The notes beneath the pieces were generated by a model. It saw only the letters and a list, made by a program, of their open reading frames with translations, did not search any database and was not told where the DNA came from. A stretch of DNA of 55,504 bases, from IMG/VR virus record IMGVR_UViG_3300027749_000136, positions 1 through 55,504 of that record; one strand, written 5' to 3'. This stretch comes from a virus (lineage: Duplodnaviria; Caudoviricetes). Positions 19,301 to 29,653 of this stretch are shown here, piece after piece; the stretch's first letter is position 1; every line of letters starts with the position of its first letter. The translations under genes and the position numbers were made by a program.

Positions 19301-22300
19301 AATAGTAATTTTATTAGATCGAACAACTTCGCTTTCTATCTTAACTGCTGCCCTTGCTGCAATCCCGTACTCAGATAGACCTCCTTCAATAGAGATTAGA
19401 GGAGCTTTTAAATACCCAGTTCCGCCTGATATTAGTTGAATTCTATTAACTGATCCGTTTGCAATATATGCTTTAGCGATAGCGCCGTTGCCAAATCCGC
19501 CTTGGATGCTAACTGTTGGTTGGGAAATATATCCTGAACCACCGTCTATTAAAAATAGTTCTTGAACCGTAAATCCAATATTATCATACCAATGTTTCCA
19601 CGGATAAGAATTGAAAACATTATTCTCAGATTGAATAATACCTGCGCTATCAATTTTTGTGGTTATTGGAACTACTTTAAAATTAGAATCAATAATAGGC
19701 AATAGATCAAAGTCGCTGACAGAATTATATGAAGGATCTAATTTAGTATAAGAACTAATATATTCTCTAATTTGTGTTCTATAAGGTTTAACTTCTTTAA
19801 TATAATCTTCAAAATTTTCTAAATTATCGCTATTATAATTTACTTTTTGTGTCAATGCTCCTACGTTATGAGTTGCTTTTACAAAACTAGTTTTCATAAC
19901 CCAGTCTGAGAATGTTTGCTCGCTTAACACGTATCGAATACTTGCAAAAAATAATGTTAAGTATTCTGTTCGTAAGTCATCAACTAGTATTTTATTCTTA
20001 ATTGTTTCAATAATTATCTTTAACTCTGTAGATGCAACATTATCATATAGTGTAGAATCAAATAATGCACTGTCATAACCTAATCCATTAAAAGTATATA
20101 AGGAATTAGAAAATTGTATAGTACCGTTATTACGTCCAACAACTTTAAAATTTTGTGTATAATCAATAGTAGTTAAATTATTATACTGTTCTAATAACAA
20201 CCAACCGCCGGTGCCAATATTTTTAACTTTTACTAGTTGTCCTATTGACGATTCCAATAGTGCTAACTCATAAGTATTGTTAACTATATGATCAATTTTA
20301 GTAAATTGAGTGTATCCCGTGGCATACCAATCAGTATAATTCCAGTATCTATTAACATCAAATGCCTGTCCTCGTGTGCGTTCCCATTTTAGAGTAGCGG
20401 CAATCCATTGGTATGTGCTCCATTTATCAAAAATATTTGCATCGCTATTAACAAGCACAGTATAAGGTCTAACTGATAATATTGTATTTGCAGTTAGTAT
20501 ATTATATGGAGAAGAATTGTCTAGATATCCTTCTCCAGGATTTAATACTTTTACATCAATAACTTGACCTTCTAAATTTATTATAGTACGTAAACTAGCA
20601 TTTCTACCTTGTTTTTTACTGTTAACAACAACATAAGGAGCATTAACATACCCTGCCCCCGAGTTAACAATAGTGGCGCCTGTTATACGCCCATTTTTAA
20701 TTATAGGATGCAAAACTGCTTGCTGCAAAGTAGCAACTCCTACAAATTTTAATTCAGCGTCTGTGTCAATTGATAAGTCCCATTCGCCAGACATATCACT
20801 TGGTGGCAAGTTGTATGATTTAAGATCGGTTAAGTCATATTCATCTACAATTAATCTTGTAGACAACACTAAATTAACTCTTTCAATAAATTGTTTTAAT
20901 GCTTCGGTACGGTTGATAAACATACTCTGGCGAGGGCGGAAACTAACACCATATCGTTGTTTAAAAGGTAAATTGATATCGGGTACTACTCGATCGTTGT
21001 CGTCTTTTCCTGTTAAACTATGAATCCATTTTTTTTCAATTTCAATCGGAATAACTGTATTAACATGTTCGCTTATAACTTTCCATTGACTGTGAGCGTT
21101 AGTTCCAGTATAACGGTCATCTACTAGCCAATATTGTATTGTTAGATTATAGTCAGTGCTATTAATAATTGACGGAACATTAACTAAGTTAAAGGAATCA
21201 GTACCTGTTAGTGCTAGGCATACATAACCTTCAGAAATAGGATCAGCGATTAAACGAGAAATATTATATGCTGATAAATTTCGACCTATAGATTTAGGAA
21301 CTACTGTTGAATTTTTAACCCAATAATAGTAAGTGCTTTGGAAAGATTTAGATATAGTGTCGTATTTTTTCTTAACACTATAAACAGTATCTCCGTATCG
21401 ACTTTTTCCGCTAATACTTAATGCATCACCTTTGTCAGTACCCGATAACTTATCCCACTCTGATGGAAGATATTTTGTTTCTATCCATTCATAGATATCA
21501 ATACTAGCAGTTTCATATAATTTATTCCAAGTAGTAGATCTATATACTACATTACCACATTGGTTATCTAAAAACTTAGCGCGAGTTAAGTCCCACCACA
21601 CTGCGCCTACTTGCGCCGTAGTCCAGTTTAGACCACTATCTACATTAACTGGCAATCCGTTGACAACAACATTATCTCCAATAGAATATGTAGCTGGATC
21701 AAAATATGTTTTATAATTAATTTCTTGATCAGCGGGTCCTGGAATTTTTCCCTGTATAGGATCAACTACATCCAAATAAGATGTTAATTCATTTTTAGTT
21801 CGGTTGTAGATAAATGATTTTTTAATTTTGTAAGCGTTTGGTCTAGGATTTTCTTGGTGTAATATTTTCCAAGACGTACTATTAACTGGTCGTGTATAAG
21901 ATAATACTGTGCCGCTGTTATCATTATCGTTAGGTGCTCCTACTAATACAATGTCATTTGATACAGCAATTGCAGAACCGTATGCGTCTGAAAAATCAGT
22001 AGTTGTTCCTGTTTCTAAAGTTTCGCCGTATATAAAATTATTATTGTAGCGATCAAAAATATCAACACGTCCAGAATCTATCTGTATGTCGATGAGTTGT
22101 AAAGAAGAATTATCAAAAGTTGTATAATTAGGAGTATCAAAGATTGTTTTGCGGGCAGTATCACCGTTAGCTGAGAAAACAACTAAGGAGGTATCATCTT
22201 TCATAAAGTTAACAGTAAACCCAAATTTTTCAAAATTTTCAGTTTTAACACTTATTAATGTTTGCTGTAGATCAAACAATGGAGCAGTTCCTAATGAAAA

Positions 22301-25300
22301 AACATAAACTTTACCGTCATTTAAAGAATCAGTAGTTGCAAATGGCGCACCAACTGCTAATAGTTTTCCATTAGCTGAAATATCAATAGAATTTCCAAAT
22401 TGATATTCGTCATCTAAGTTAAGAGAGTCTACAGATCGATCTATTAGATCTATAAATTCGTATTGGCCACTGTTTAATCTATAAAGATAAACTGCTCCAG
22501 CATTGTTATCGTAGTTAGGTGCAGACGCTGCAAAAATATTACCATTAGCAGATAGTGAAATACTATACCCGTATTGATCAGGGTCGTTTGTTCCGCTTGT
22601 TAACGGATTAGCAAATGTAGTCCATATAATGTTTCCACTTCCTTGTTTATAAAAATAAACTTTACCTTCTGAACCGCCATATCCAATTGCCGATACTGCT
22701 AATATAAAAGTATTATCTAATGTTTTTGCAAATGATAATTTAGATCCAAAGAATTCATTGTTGGCCTCATCTTGGCTAACAATAACTTGAGCAAACTCAT
22801 AATTTATCGATGTTGCTCTATAGTATAATGCTACATATCCCTGTTTGTTATACCCGCTACTGTTTACATTCGATGCTGTCTTTGCTGAAATTGCAAGCCA
22901 GTATCCGTCGGGAGAAAATTTTATATCAGTTGCAAAGTTTAGATTTGAGAGATCTGATATTTCTGGGGGTCTGATAACATCATGGGCTATCCATGAATTT
23001 AATTTACCATCCTTAGAGTATATTCTTGCAGAGTTAATTGAAGCTACTACTGCAATAGATCCGTCCGGACTAATTCTTATAGTCTTTCCAAAGTATGCGT
23101 TCGAAGCAGGAGTAAAGTCAGCTAATACTTTTTTATTAAATACTTTGACATTTGTGTATACGGAATATAGCCCTGCTCCGTTATCATCTGCCCAAATATT
23201 TTCTAACGGTTGTAAACTACTAGGGATGAGTTCATTAATATTATCAACTCCTCGAGAAATAAGTTCTCCAGTAATACTGTCATATACATTTTTTGCTCTT
23301 GCTGAATAGAATTGGAAAGTTAATATTTGATCAGTAAATGGGGATACCCAATTAGTAATAGTTGCTCCGATGAGTATAGTTCTGTTATTAACTGCCGTGA
23401 CTTTATAAAATCCGGCAATAGATGTAGAATTAGTTATGCCAAAGATATCGCCTGGTTGGGCACTTGGTATCCTATCGCAAGTAATAGTCAATGTTTTATT
23501 AGAATAATTAACACTCTCAACATTAAATTTAGATTTTGTAAATCGATATATGTTCCAGTCTCTTTCTTCAAATGCGCACCATACGTAGTTGCCTTCTTGG
23601 AAAGACGTAATGTCTTTAGAAAGTATATCATCTAAAGAATCAATATTTAATTTAACATCTTCGTACCTTACGTATCCAGGAGTTCTAAGATAATTAACAG
23701 TTCCGTTAGTAGACCATAAATTATTAGTATATCCTGTTGGTTTTATATAAACATCTGTAGGAAGTTGTCTATAAACAAAATCTACAACTGTTGGATCAAT
23801 AGATGATACTAATTCAACAGGTTGGGGAGTTAATTTAAATAAACTTTCATCCAACTTAAATTCAATTTCTTTAAAAGAATCAACTGCTCCGTAGTTGCCG
23901 ACACGAATTGCCCATTCTTCATTAAATGTTAAACTTTCCATACCGTCGGCACTGAGTACATCGAATAATTTACTAAACACATTCTGTGTACCTTTTTCAA
24001 TGATCATTCCTTGATAGAATTTGTATTGACTTACATCATCTTGAATAATATTTTCTAAATACTGTCTTTTTTGGTATCCAATTAAATGCTGGGCCATCTT
24101 TTGCTGACCTACATCAAAATTGTCGCTATCTAAACTATAAAAGTCGGCAAATTGATTAGCTTTATAATCCCAGTTTGGTATCATTCTACTAGTTGGTTGC
24201 TGATCAAGTCTAACCCATGCATCTGAAACAAATGCATCAGTACCGGGTAAAAAGTTATTTGCAGAGTAATAGAATTCTTTATGTTTTACTATATCTCCAA
24301 GACGATAGTCAGTCCAAGGTTCCCATATTTGTAGAATTGCCTGATCGTATATAAATCCTGGAATATTAAAACTTCCGTTCCAGTTAGTAGAAATATAACC
24401 AATAATTTTAATTCTTTCTTGTCTGTATCCCGGAACTTGGTCGTATACTATATCGTTAAACAATGTAGTATTATCTAAAAGTAATACATGTTCTTTCTGT
24501 ACTAGATATAATGTTGCACCATAGATTCCATGGACAGTATTTGATGGTGATAATGTAAATGTATTGCCTTCTCTAAAGCTATTCACAAAGTTAGATTGTA
24601 ATGGTTGTCCGTCAACTTTAAATATTTGATAATCAAACGAACGATCTAGTACGTTATTAACAACTGAATTAATACTTTTAAATACTAAATTACTAGCGGC
24701 TGGGCTTAGAGATAGTACTGCGCCAACTGACCAGTTTTGTGTAGTCCAGAATAAAAATTCTTTTATTGCTGCTTCCCAATTATTAATATTTCTTAAGGCA
24801 GGGTTAAACTCGTCAAATACAAATCCTTCATTTTCTAAGTATGCGCTATATCCTTGCAGGAAATCTACAGTGTCTTGTATAGACTTAAATTTTGTACCGT
24901 ACCCAATAACTATAGGAGTATCGGCGTTCCATGCTTTTCTAAATTCTGCAGATCTTCCGCCAGTGACTGGTAATTCTGCAAGTTTTACGTAGTATGAATT
25001 ATCAAATATATTCCCGCTTTGATGAGAAATTTTTACTCGGTAATATTGATTATTTGCTTTAATTAGTTTACCAACAGCATAATATTTGTTCGATTCCCAT
25101 ACTATAAAACTTTCTGAGATTCCTCCAACTGTTATAGATTTCCCAGGCAGTGTGTATGGATAGTAGGTAAAATAAGGGTTATCGTTGTTATAACCTTTTA
25201 CTTCATAGCCGTCGGCATATTTTGTAATAACAACTCCGCTATAAAAAACTTTTTTAACTGAAGAGCTAGTGTTTAAAACAATATTATAATTTTCGTCTGG

Positions 25301-28300
25301 GATAAAAACTCCTCCAGAACTTGAAACATTTTTACTATCTAATAATAATCTAAATTTAGGTTTGCTAGTAAATCCGCCTAATTTTGAGCTTAGTTTGTTT
25401 GTTAGTGCTGATAAATCATTAGAATATTTTGTCACTAAAGTTGTCACATCACTAGTAATATAATCAACAACGTAATTAATTAAACCTGAAGTAAACACTC
25501 GATCAATACTAAATGTAGTTGAAGGTATTTTAATGTCTGCTAAAGAAATTCGTAAATCAGTATCTCGATATACTAATTGATTATTTAAATTTCTAAAAAT
25601 TCTACTACGGTCTAGGCAAGTTCCTAGTACATAATTAGGTTGTAATAATAGTGCAGTTTCTATCAATGCAAACGCATAATAAGAACTGCGTCTCCATGCT
25701 GATTCAACTGGCCCGCAATCACCGAATACATAGTACCCTTCAGGTGTTGGGTTAATATATCCACTAACTTGTCCTGCATTATACGGGTCTAATAAATTAC
25801 CATTTTCATCTACTGGAACTCCAGTGGCTAGTATGGGTTTTGCAAATTGTGGGGATGTTCGAATTGGGAATCCGGGTTGTCTAATAATTCCATTTTTAAT
25901 ATCGTCCCATAAAATATAATTGTTGTTAGTATATGGTGAAGGCCCATATACTTCATTCCACCACTTAGGCTTTATAGAAAATCCTAAACATTCCCAAGGA
26001 TGCGTGTCGGGGCGATCAGTATCTAACGTCCATCGATATATTCCTCTCCAGAACGCTGGAGTATTGGCACCATCAGCTGTATAATTTTCTCTATAATTCC
26101 ATGTAAACGGATTTAATCTGTCCCAAAGAGTATTATCTTGACTAGTATAATCTTTGTTTATGTTTGTAATCCATTGAAAGAAATACTGACTTAATACTTT
26201 GTCAAATTCTGTTTTATCGTACGGAGTAGTTCTACTATATCCAGGAATAATATTATACAAATTAAAAATTTGCGGATCGTATTTAATTTTAATATTATTA
26301 AAAATACGCATTTCTAATTCTAATATTAATGCATCTCGATAATCATTATAAGCTATTACTATGCTACCGTCATGCCCTTGAATAACCGTTGTTGGTTCAA
26401 GGTAAGAATTATCAACATAGATGCACGGTTCATATGCAGGGTACAGCCCTAACTTAGTAGGAGTAGATGGACAAAAAGATCCATCAGTAGTCTCGTACTC
26501 AAAGGCTTCAATTAAGTCTCCTTCATTTAAACTTACTAAAATTTCAAAAAATACATCGTCACCAAATAGATAATCTCTACCGTGTACTAATTGGTATCCA
26601 TTAATGTATACTCCAACTGCACGGTTCGATAATTGTAATAGGTTAAAAGGTGCCGTTAATGGATATGTTTTAACTCTACTATCTAATACAACATACTCAA
26701 GTCTAGTTGATCCAGAATGCGGAAACATGTCTGAAAGATAATATGGTTGTGTTTTTGTTTTATCTTTTGCTAATTCTTCTAATATAAAATCTACATGTCG
26801 GCGAGGATCAGTATCTATTCCTGACTCACTAGCAAATAAAATAAAAGATCTTTTAAATTTTCCATAATCTATTCTAGCCTGGTCTAATGCATTAACTATG
26901 CTAGTAGAATTTTCTCCAAAGTGATACAAACTTAAATTTAATGGGCCGCTATGTTGCACAAATCGAGTACCATAAGGAGTTATGTTGCCTAAATCTCGTA
27001 TATTACTGTATCCTGGATATGTTCCAGCAAATCCGTTAATGTTTTCTACAATGGTGTCAACATGGTCAATAACTTCACCTAATGTCAGTTGAGTAATATT
27101 TTTATTCAGCGGATTATTTTGTAGATTTAACGGAATTTCATAGTAGCCATTTTCATTCTTTGGCTGTGTTGCTATACATTTTAATGTTAATACATCAGTT
27201 AAATTAATAGGAGTAGTTAATACTACTTTTTTCCTAATAGGGCCGTCTTGTATAACAAAAGATTCTTTATTTTGACGTTTTCCGTTTATGTAAACTTTAA
27301 CTTGTAAGTCATCTAAATTATTTTTAAAATCATAAACATCTATAGGAAAATCGTTAGTTAATCCACTTTCTTTAAATATACGAACAATTGGCTGAACGTT
27401 TTTAATAGTTGACTCTACCCACCCATTTTGGTAAGAAAAATTATCAATAGAAGCAACAATTTTTAAATATCCAATATTGGTATTTTTACTTAATACATCA
27501 GTTAATGATTTATAATTAAAACTATCACTTAGTAAATTAAAGTCAAATACAATATCGCCGATATTATTAATATTTTGATAACTTAAAGGAAATTTAAGCT
27601 CAGCATCATTTGTACCAGATCCTATTTTATAAGAAAATAATTTGGTACCAATAAAATTAGAACCCTCATAAACTTCCGCGTTGCCATAACTTACTCCATT
27701 ATTATCAAATATATCAAACAGTGGAGGTTGACTAATTGAGATTTTATCTTGCCCTAATTGCCAGGTATGGCCATTATACCAAAACATACTTCCTTGGTTT
27801 ACATTGCCTAATTTAACTAAAATAGTTTCGTTATTAACAGGTATTGAATCAGTGTCTTCTACAAGATTAATCTGTCGACGAAGTCCGCCAAATACTTCAA
27901 TTTTATGTGTGCCACTACCTGTGTTAAATAATTTAACTTGGGAAGTTAAGTTCTTGTCTGTATATAATTTAATTTTTGTAGTATCAACTACTACTACAAA
28001 ATATATCTTACCGTTAATTAATCCTTCTATATTTGTATTACCGTTATTACGATATTCAATTTGATTTCCAGTAGTAAGACCGTGGGCGGTTGGAAATGTT
28101 AGTATACTAGTAGTTGTATCTACTCCTGTAGTTGCTACAAAATCTATAAGCCTGCCAGGTATTGAAATTTCAACAAAATTAACTTTAAAAATTTTACCGT
28201 TGACAAATCTATCAGTATCGGCTGTAAATAATACTCGCATTCCATTTACTAAATTAACACCGTCAATATTATATCCTAATGATCCTTCAATAGTTGAAAA

Positions 28301-29653
28301 TACATCCGTTGTAAATGTATCTATAACATCAACATTTTCTTTTGATGCATGACCAAAATTAAACAATTTTAATCCAGCATTAAATTCAATAATAGGGCGA
28401 GTGGCTCGTTGGGCTTGATCTAATTCAGGAACTTGTCCGTTTGCTTTTGCCGATGCAATAATAATATCTTGGTGGAACCATCTATTGTTTCTGCTCCAAG
28501 GATTTCGGTCAATGCTTGCTCTATTGATAACAATATAATCTTTGTCTTTTGGAAAAGAAGTTAGTGTGCTGAACGGTGCTTTATCAAATGGCTCATCATC
28601 AAATAATAATGCAACTTCTTGCGTAAAAGAACTTATAATTTCAAGGTCGGCTTCGTTAACTAACGTAATTGCCGAGCCTACTCCTTCAACATACCAATAG
28701 CCCGTTGAATATTTTTTAGGAGCAATATTACCTTTGAAAAACAATTTCATTCCGTTAGATAACGGAACACCATTATTCATAGTATATGTTTTTTTACCTA
28801 TAATATCTTTTTCTAAATTAAGAAAAGAATTTTCGTCAATATCTTTTACTTGTAATACACCACCTACATTAGGGTCTTGTTCACTAACATAAAATAATAC
28901 ATCAGGTGTATCATTCCCTACTTTAAAAGTTAATGTTCCAATTTCAACTGCACTTGCTGATACTCCTTCAGTATATCTATCTAGCTCACCAGGTGTCCTA
29001 GTTGTTTTTATTGAAAACGGATTATTAGGCGTATTAATGGAAAAATGATAAGTTTGCCCTCTATATAAGGTCAATGCAGGATTACGAGTTAATCCGTCTG
29101 GACTAAAAATATATGCATAAGTATCGCCTTCATCTTCAGCAATGACAGTATACGTACTTTCAATAGCTAATTGTTGGCCTTCTACTTCTACGGGAGTAGG
29201 ACCGTAAGGTAGCCAATAGTACTGTTGAAAATTAACAAATTTATCCCAGCTGATGTGCGGATTCCAAGAATAAAACTCTTGTTTATTAAGTCTTTCGTGA
29301 TTATTTACAATACCACCGGCAACAGAAATATGATTAATATGATCAATATAATCTTTAAAAAATGTAGTATTTCCAAGATAATCTTGTATAACTGCCGCAG
29401 GCTCTAATTGATAATCTTGTCTAGTTTTATCAGATGCTGACAGAAAAACATCTGCCGATTTAACAGATTTTGCACTTTGTCTACCAATAAACCCTGTTAT
29501 TTTTTTAACAGTTCCGGGCTGTGTTAATTGATCTAATGTGGCTGATAAGAATTTTTTATTACTATCGGTTCGATAAAAACGAGGTAATAGATCAGCTGAC
29601 TTTCTATTTTCTCTATTAGAAAGAGGCAAATTTGGTTCGTCTTGATTAGCCAT
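16310..29653 (-). CDS. Giant (4447 aa) multidomain baseplate wedge/virion protein, gp7-like position
   Basis: One uninterrupted ORF directly after the gp6-like gene. It contains FG-GAP-like propeller repeats, GxGY repeats, FxxDG repeats and two WxxxxxYxxG CBM5/12-like motifs. Confidence 0.75.
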   Translation of the reverse strand: MANQDEPNLPLSNRENRKSADLLPRFYRTDSNKKFLSATLDQLTQPGTVKKITGFIGRQSAKSVKSADVFLSASDKTRQDYQLEPAAVIQDYLGNTTFFKDYIDHINHISVAGGIVNNHERLNKQEFYSWNPHISWDKFVNFQQYYWLPYGPTPVEVEGQQLAIESTYTVIAEDEGDTYAYIFSPDGLTRNPALTLYRGQTYHFSINTPNNPFSIKTTRTPGELDRYTEGVSASAVEIGTLTFKVGNDTPDVLFYVSEQDPNVGGVLQVKDIDENSFLNLEKDIIGKKTYTMNNGVPLSNGMKLFFKGNIAPKKYSTGYWYVEGVGSAITLVNEADLEIISSFTQEVALLFDDEPFDKAPFSTLTSFPKDKDYIVINRASIDRNPWSRNNRWFHQDIIIASAKANGQVPELDQAQRATRPIIEFNAGLKLFNFGHASKENVDVIDTFTTDVFSTIEGSLGYNIDGVNLVNGMRVLFTADTDRFVNGKIFKVNFVEISIPGRLIDFVATTGVDTTTSILTFPTAHGLTTGNQIEYRNNGNTNIEGLINGKIYFVVVVDTTKIKLYTDKNLTSQVKLFNTGSGTHKIEVFGGLRRQINLVEDTDSIPVNNETILVKLGNVNQGSMFWYNGHTWQLGQDKISISQPPLFDIFDNNGVSYGNAEVYEGSNFIGTKLFSYKIGSGTNDAELKFPLSYQNINNIGDIVFDFNLLSDSFNYKSLTDVLSKNTNIGYLKIVASIDNFSYQNGWVESTIKNVQPIVRIFKESGLTNDFPIDVYDFKNNLDDLQVKVYINGKRQNKESFVIQDGPIRKKVVLTTPINLTDVLTLKCIATQPKNENGYYEIPLNLQNNPLNKNITQLTLGEVIDHVDTIVENINGFAGTYPGYSNIRDLGNITPYGTRFVQHSGPLNLSLYHFGENSTSIVNALDQARIDYGKFKRSFILFASESGIDTDPRRHVDFILEELAKDKTKTQPYYLSDMFPHSGSTRLEYVVLDSRVKTYPLTAPFNLLQLSNRAVGVYINGYQLVHGRDYLFGDDVFFEILVSLNEGDLIEAFEYETTDGSFCPSTPTKLGLYPAYEPCIYVDNSYLEPTTVIQGHDGSIVIAYNDYRDALILELEMRIFNNIKIKYDPQIFNLYNIIPGYSRTTPYDKTEFDKVLSQYFFQWITNINKDYTSQDNTLWDRLNPFTWNYRENYTADGANTPAFWRGIYRWTLDTDRPDTHPWECLGFSIKPKWWNEVYGPSPYTNNNYILWDDIKNGIIRQPGFPIRTSPQFAKPILATGVPVDENGNLLDPYNAGQVSGYINPTPEGYYVFGDCGPVESAWRRSSYYAFALIETALLLQPNYVLGTCLDRSRIFRNLNNQLVYRDTDLRISLADIKIPSTTFSIDRVFTSGLINYVVDYITSDVTTLVTKYSNDLSALTNKLSSKLGGFTSKPKFRLLLDSKNVSSSGGVFIPDENYNIVLNTSSSVKKVFYSGVVITKYADGYEVKGYNNDNPYFTYYPYTLPGKSITVGGISESFIVWESNKYYAVGKLIKANNQYYRVKISHQSGNIFDNSYYVKLAELPVTGGRSAEFRKAWNADTPIVIGYGTKFKSIQDTVDFLQGYSAYLENEGFVFDEFNPALRNINNWEAAIKEFLFWTTQNWSVGAVLSLSPAASNLVFKSINSVVNNVLDRSFDYQIFKVDGQPLQSNFVNSFREGNTFTLSPSNTVHGIYGATLYLVQKEHVLLLDNTTLFNDIVYDQVPGYRQERIKIIGYISTNWNGSFNIPGFIYDQAILQIWEPWTDYRLGDIVKHKEFYYSANNFLPGTDAFVSDAWVRLDQQPTSRMIPNWDYKANQFADFYSLDSDNFDVGQQKMAQHLIGYQKRQYLENIIQDDVSQYKFYQGMIIEKGTQNVFSKLFDVLSADGMESLTFNEEWAIRVGNYGAVDSFKEIEFKLDESLFKLTPQPVELVSSIDPTVVDFVYRQLPTDVYIKPTGYTNNLWSTNGTVNYLRTPGYVRYEDVKLNIDSLDDILSKDITSFQEGNYVWCAFEERDWNIYRFTKSKFNVESVNYSNKTLTITCDRIPSAQPGDIFGITNSTSIAGFYKVTAVNNRTILIGATITNWVSPFTDQILTFQFYSARAKNVYDSITGELISRGVDNINELIPSSLQPLENIWADDNGAGLYSVYTNVKVFNKKVLADFTPASNAYFGKTIRISPDGSIAVVASINSARIYSKDGKLNSWIAHDVIRPPEISDLSNLNFATDIKFSPDGYWLAISAKTASNVNSSGYNKQGYVALYYRATSINYEFAQVIVSQDEANNEFFGSKLSFAKTLDNTFILAVSAIGYGGSEGKVYFYKQGSGNIIWTTFANPLTSGTNDPDQYGYSISLSANGNIFAASAPNYDNNAGAVYLYRLNSGQYEFIDLIDRSVDSLNLDDEYQFGNSIDISANGKLLAVGAPFATTDSLNDGKVYVFSLGTAPLFDLQQTLISVKTENFEKFGFTVNFMKDDTSLVVFSANGDTARKTIFDTPNYTTFDNSSLQLIDIQIDSGRVDIFDRYNNNFIYGETLETGTTTDFSDAYGSAIAVSNDIVLVGAPNDNDNSGTVLSYTRPVNSTSWKILHQENPRPNAYKIKKSFIYNRTKNELTSYLDVVDPIQGKIPGPADQEINYKTYFDPATYSIGDNVVVNGLPVNVDSGLNWTTAQVGAVWWDLTRAKFLDNQCGNVVYRSTTWNKLYETASIDIYEWIETKYLPSEWDKLSGTDKGDALSISGKSRYGDTVYSVKKKYDTISKSFQSTYYYWVKNSTVVPKSIGRNLSAYNISRLIADPISEGYVCLALTGTDSFNLVNVPSIINSTDYNLTIQYWLVDDRYTGTNAHSQWKVISEHVNTVIPIEIEKKWIHSLTGKDDNDRVVPDINLPFKQRYGVSFRPRQSMFINRTEALKQFIERVNLVLSTRLIVDEYDLTDLKSYNLPPSDMSGEWDLSIDTDAELKFVGVATLQQAVLHPIIKNGRITGATIVNSGAGYVNAPYVVVNSKKQGRNASLRTIINLEGQVIDVKVLNPGEGYLDNSSPYNILTANTILSVRPYTVLVNSDANIFDKWSTYQWIAATLKWERTRGQAFDVNRYWNYTDWYATGYTQFTKIDHIVNNTYELALLESSIGQLVKVKNIGTGGWLLLEQYNNLTTIDYTQNFKVVGRNNGTIQFSNSLYTFNGLGYDSALFDSTLYDNVASTELKIIIETIKNKILVDDLRTEYLTLFFASIRYVLSEQTFSDWVMKTSFVKATHNVGALTQKVNYNSDNLENFEDYIKEVKPYRTQIREYISSYTKLDPSYNSVSDFDLLPIIDSNFKVVPITTKIDSAGIIQSENNVFNSYPWKHWYDNIGFTVQELFLIDGGSGYISQPTVSIQGGFGNGAIAKAYIANGSVNRIQLISGGTGYLKAPLISIEGGLSEYGIAARAAVKIESEVVRSNKITIKFDRITRTYYVTELTETETFVGTGSRLQWPLKFSPVPTTGTNSVKINGVDVLRNEFLLTTKTSTSKGFTSYSGSLTLQTAPAAGEEIVVSYTKNFNHLSATDRINFYYNPESGMYGKDLAQLMTGIDYGGVSITGIGFNISGGWDSLPWFTDSWDGFDAAFDDYIVIAGASTYTYTLPYAPVLNEKINVYINSVRIDDPYFNTYDGVTEQPNGRKIAPANTVMQTIVGNGTTKTFTIPNLTLVINAGDTIIFRKSTSDGSFTPLPGEYDTQLSGGNLAYSTATGLAPDDIILDGDGLITPTSSAAPEEIVPGHITDAVAIKVYQLPTAGSAKIMFKNYIGDGITNVFELAQIPNNLASIFVKLGNNIILKQDVDYIVNWQDKTITLAVAPTDKSILSIITFGVASQDLLDSDYFISDGITTEYITKAPWIDTLGSIVLVDGQAVNYELFRTSESYDSPEKTGIRIVQNIPQGSLITYMITADKNQSASIIKSENFVSDGLSQTLTLSNIIGNSLPLSNNVIVIKDNRVLTPSSSAYFTLTNDELTYNLKKYKENETVMNPANFKVYLDGVELNFGADYIYDVPNVSITINKQVYKQDSTLTVVNFTNAEYTITDDQITFTSTLFAGNVIEVISMFNHNVEDIQRTSEYTVYQNNIIPGTSTYYSYQNVTSGKITLERMVAFDDYVWVIKNGLMLTHSVDYYLDSDLTTIRLKDSVYFSDKIDIICFNDNIVNHSYGYMQFKDMLNRVHYKRISKAKSTRLAKDLLQKDATITVVNGEVLSPPNSELNLPGIIEINGERIEYFSKTGNILGKLRRGTLGTGAPILHRVRTIVLDIGPTETIPYMDKHVVETFISNGSTNSVDLNYNPTSNNSIDIFVGGYRLKKNSYSLFEESNGYPYSPEGDSSFDAEFTVSSNSSTVQLNNTVPENSRIVVVKKIGQQWDTPLTDPTHTSTDIIKFIKNTEAVFSQYLEDKYQYILSSDDNQTLTTDDNDPLELD

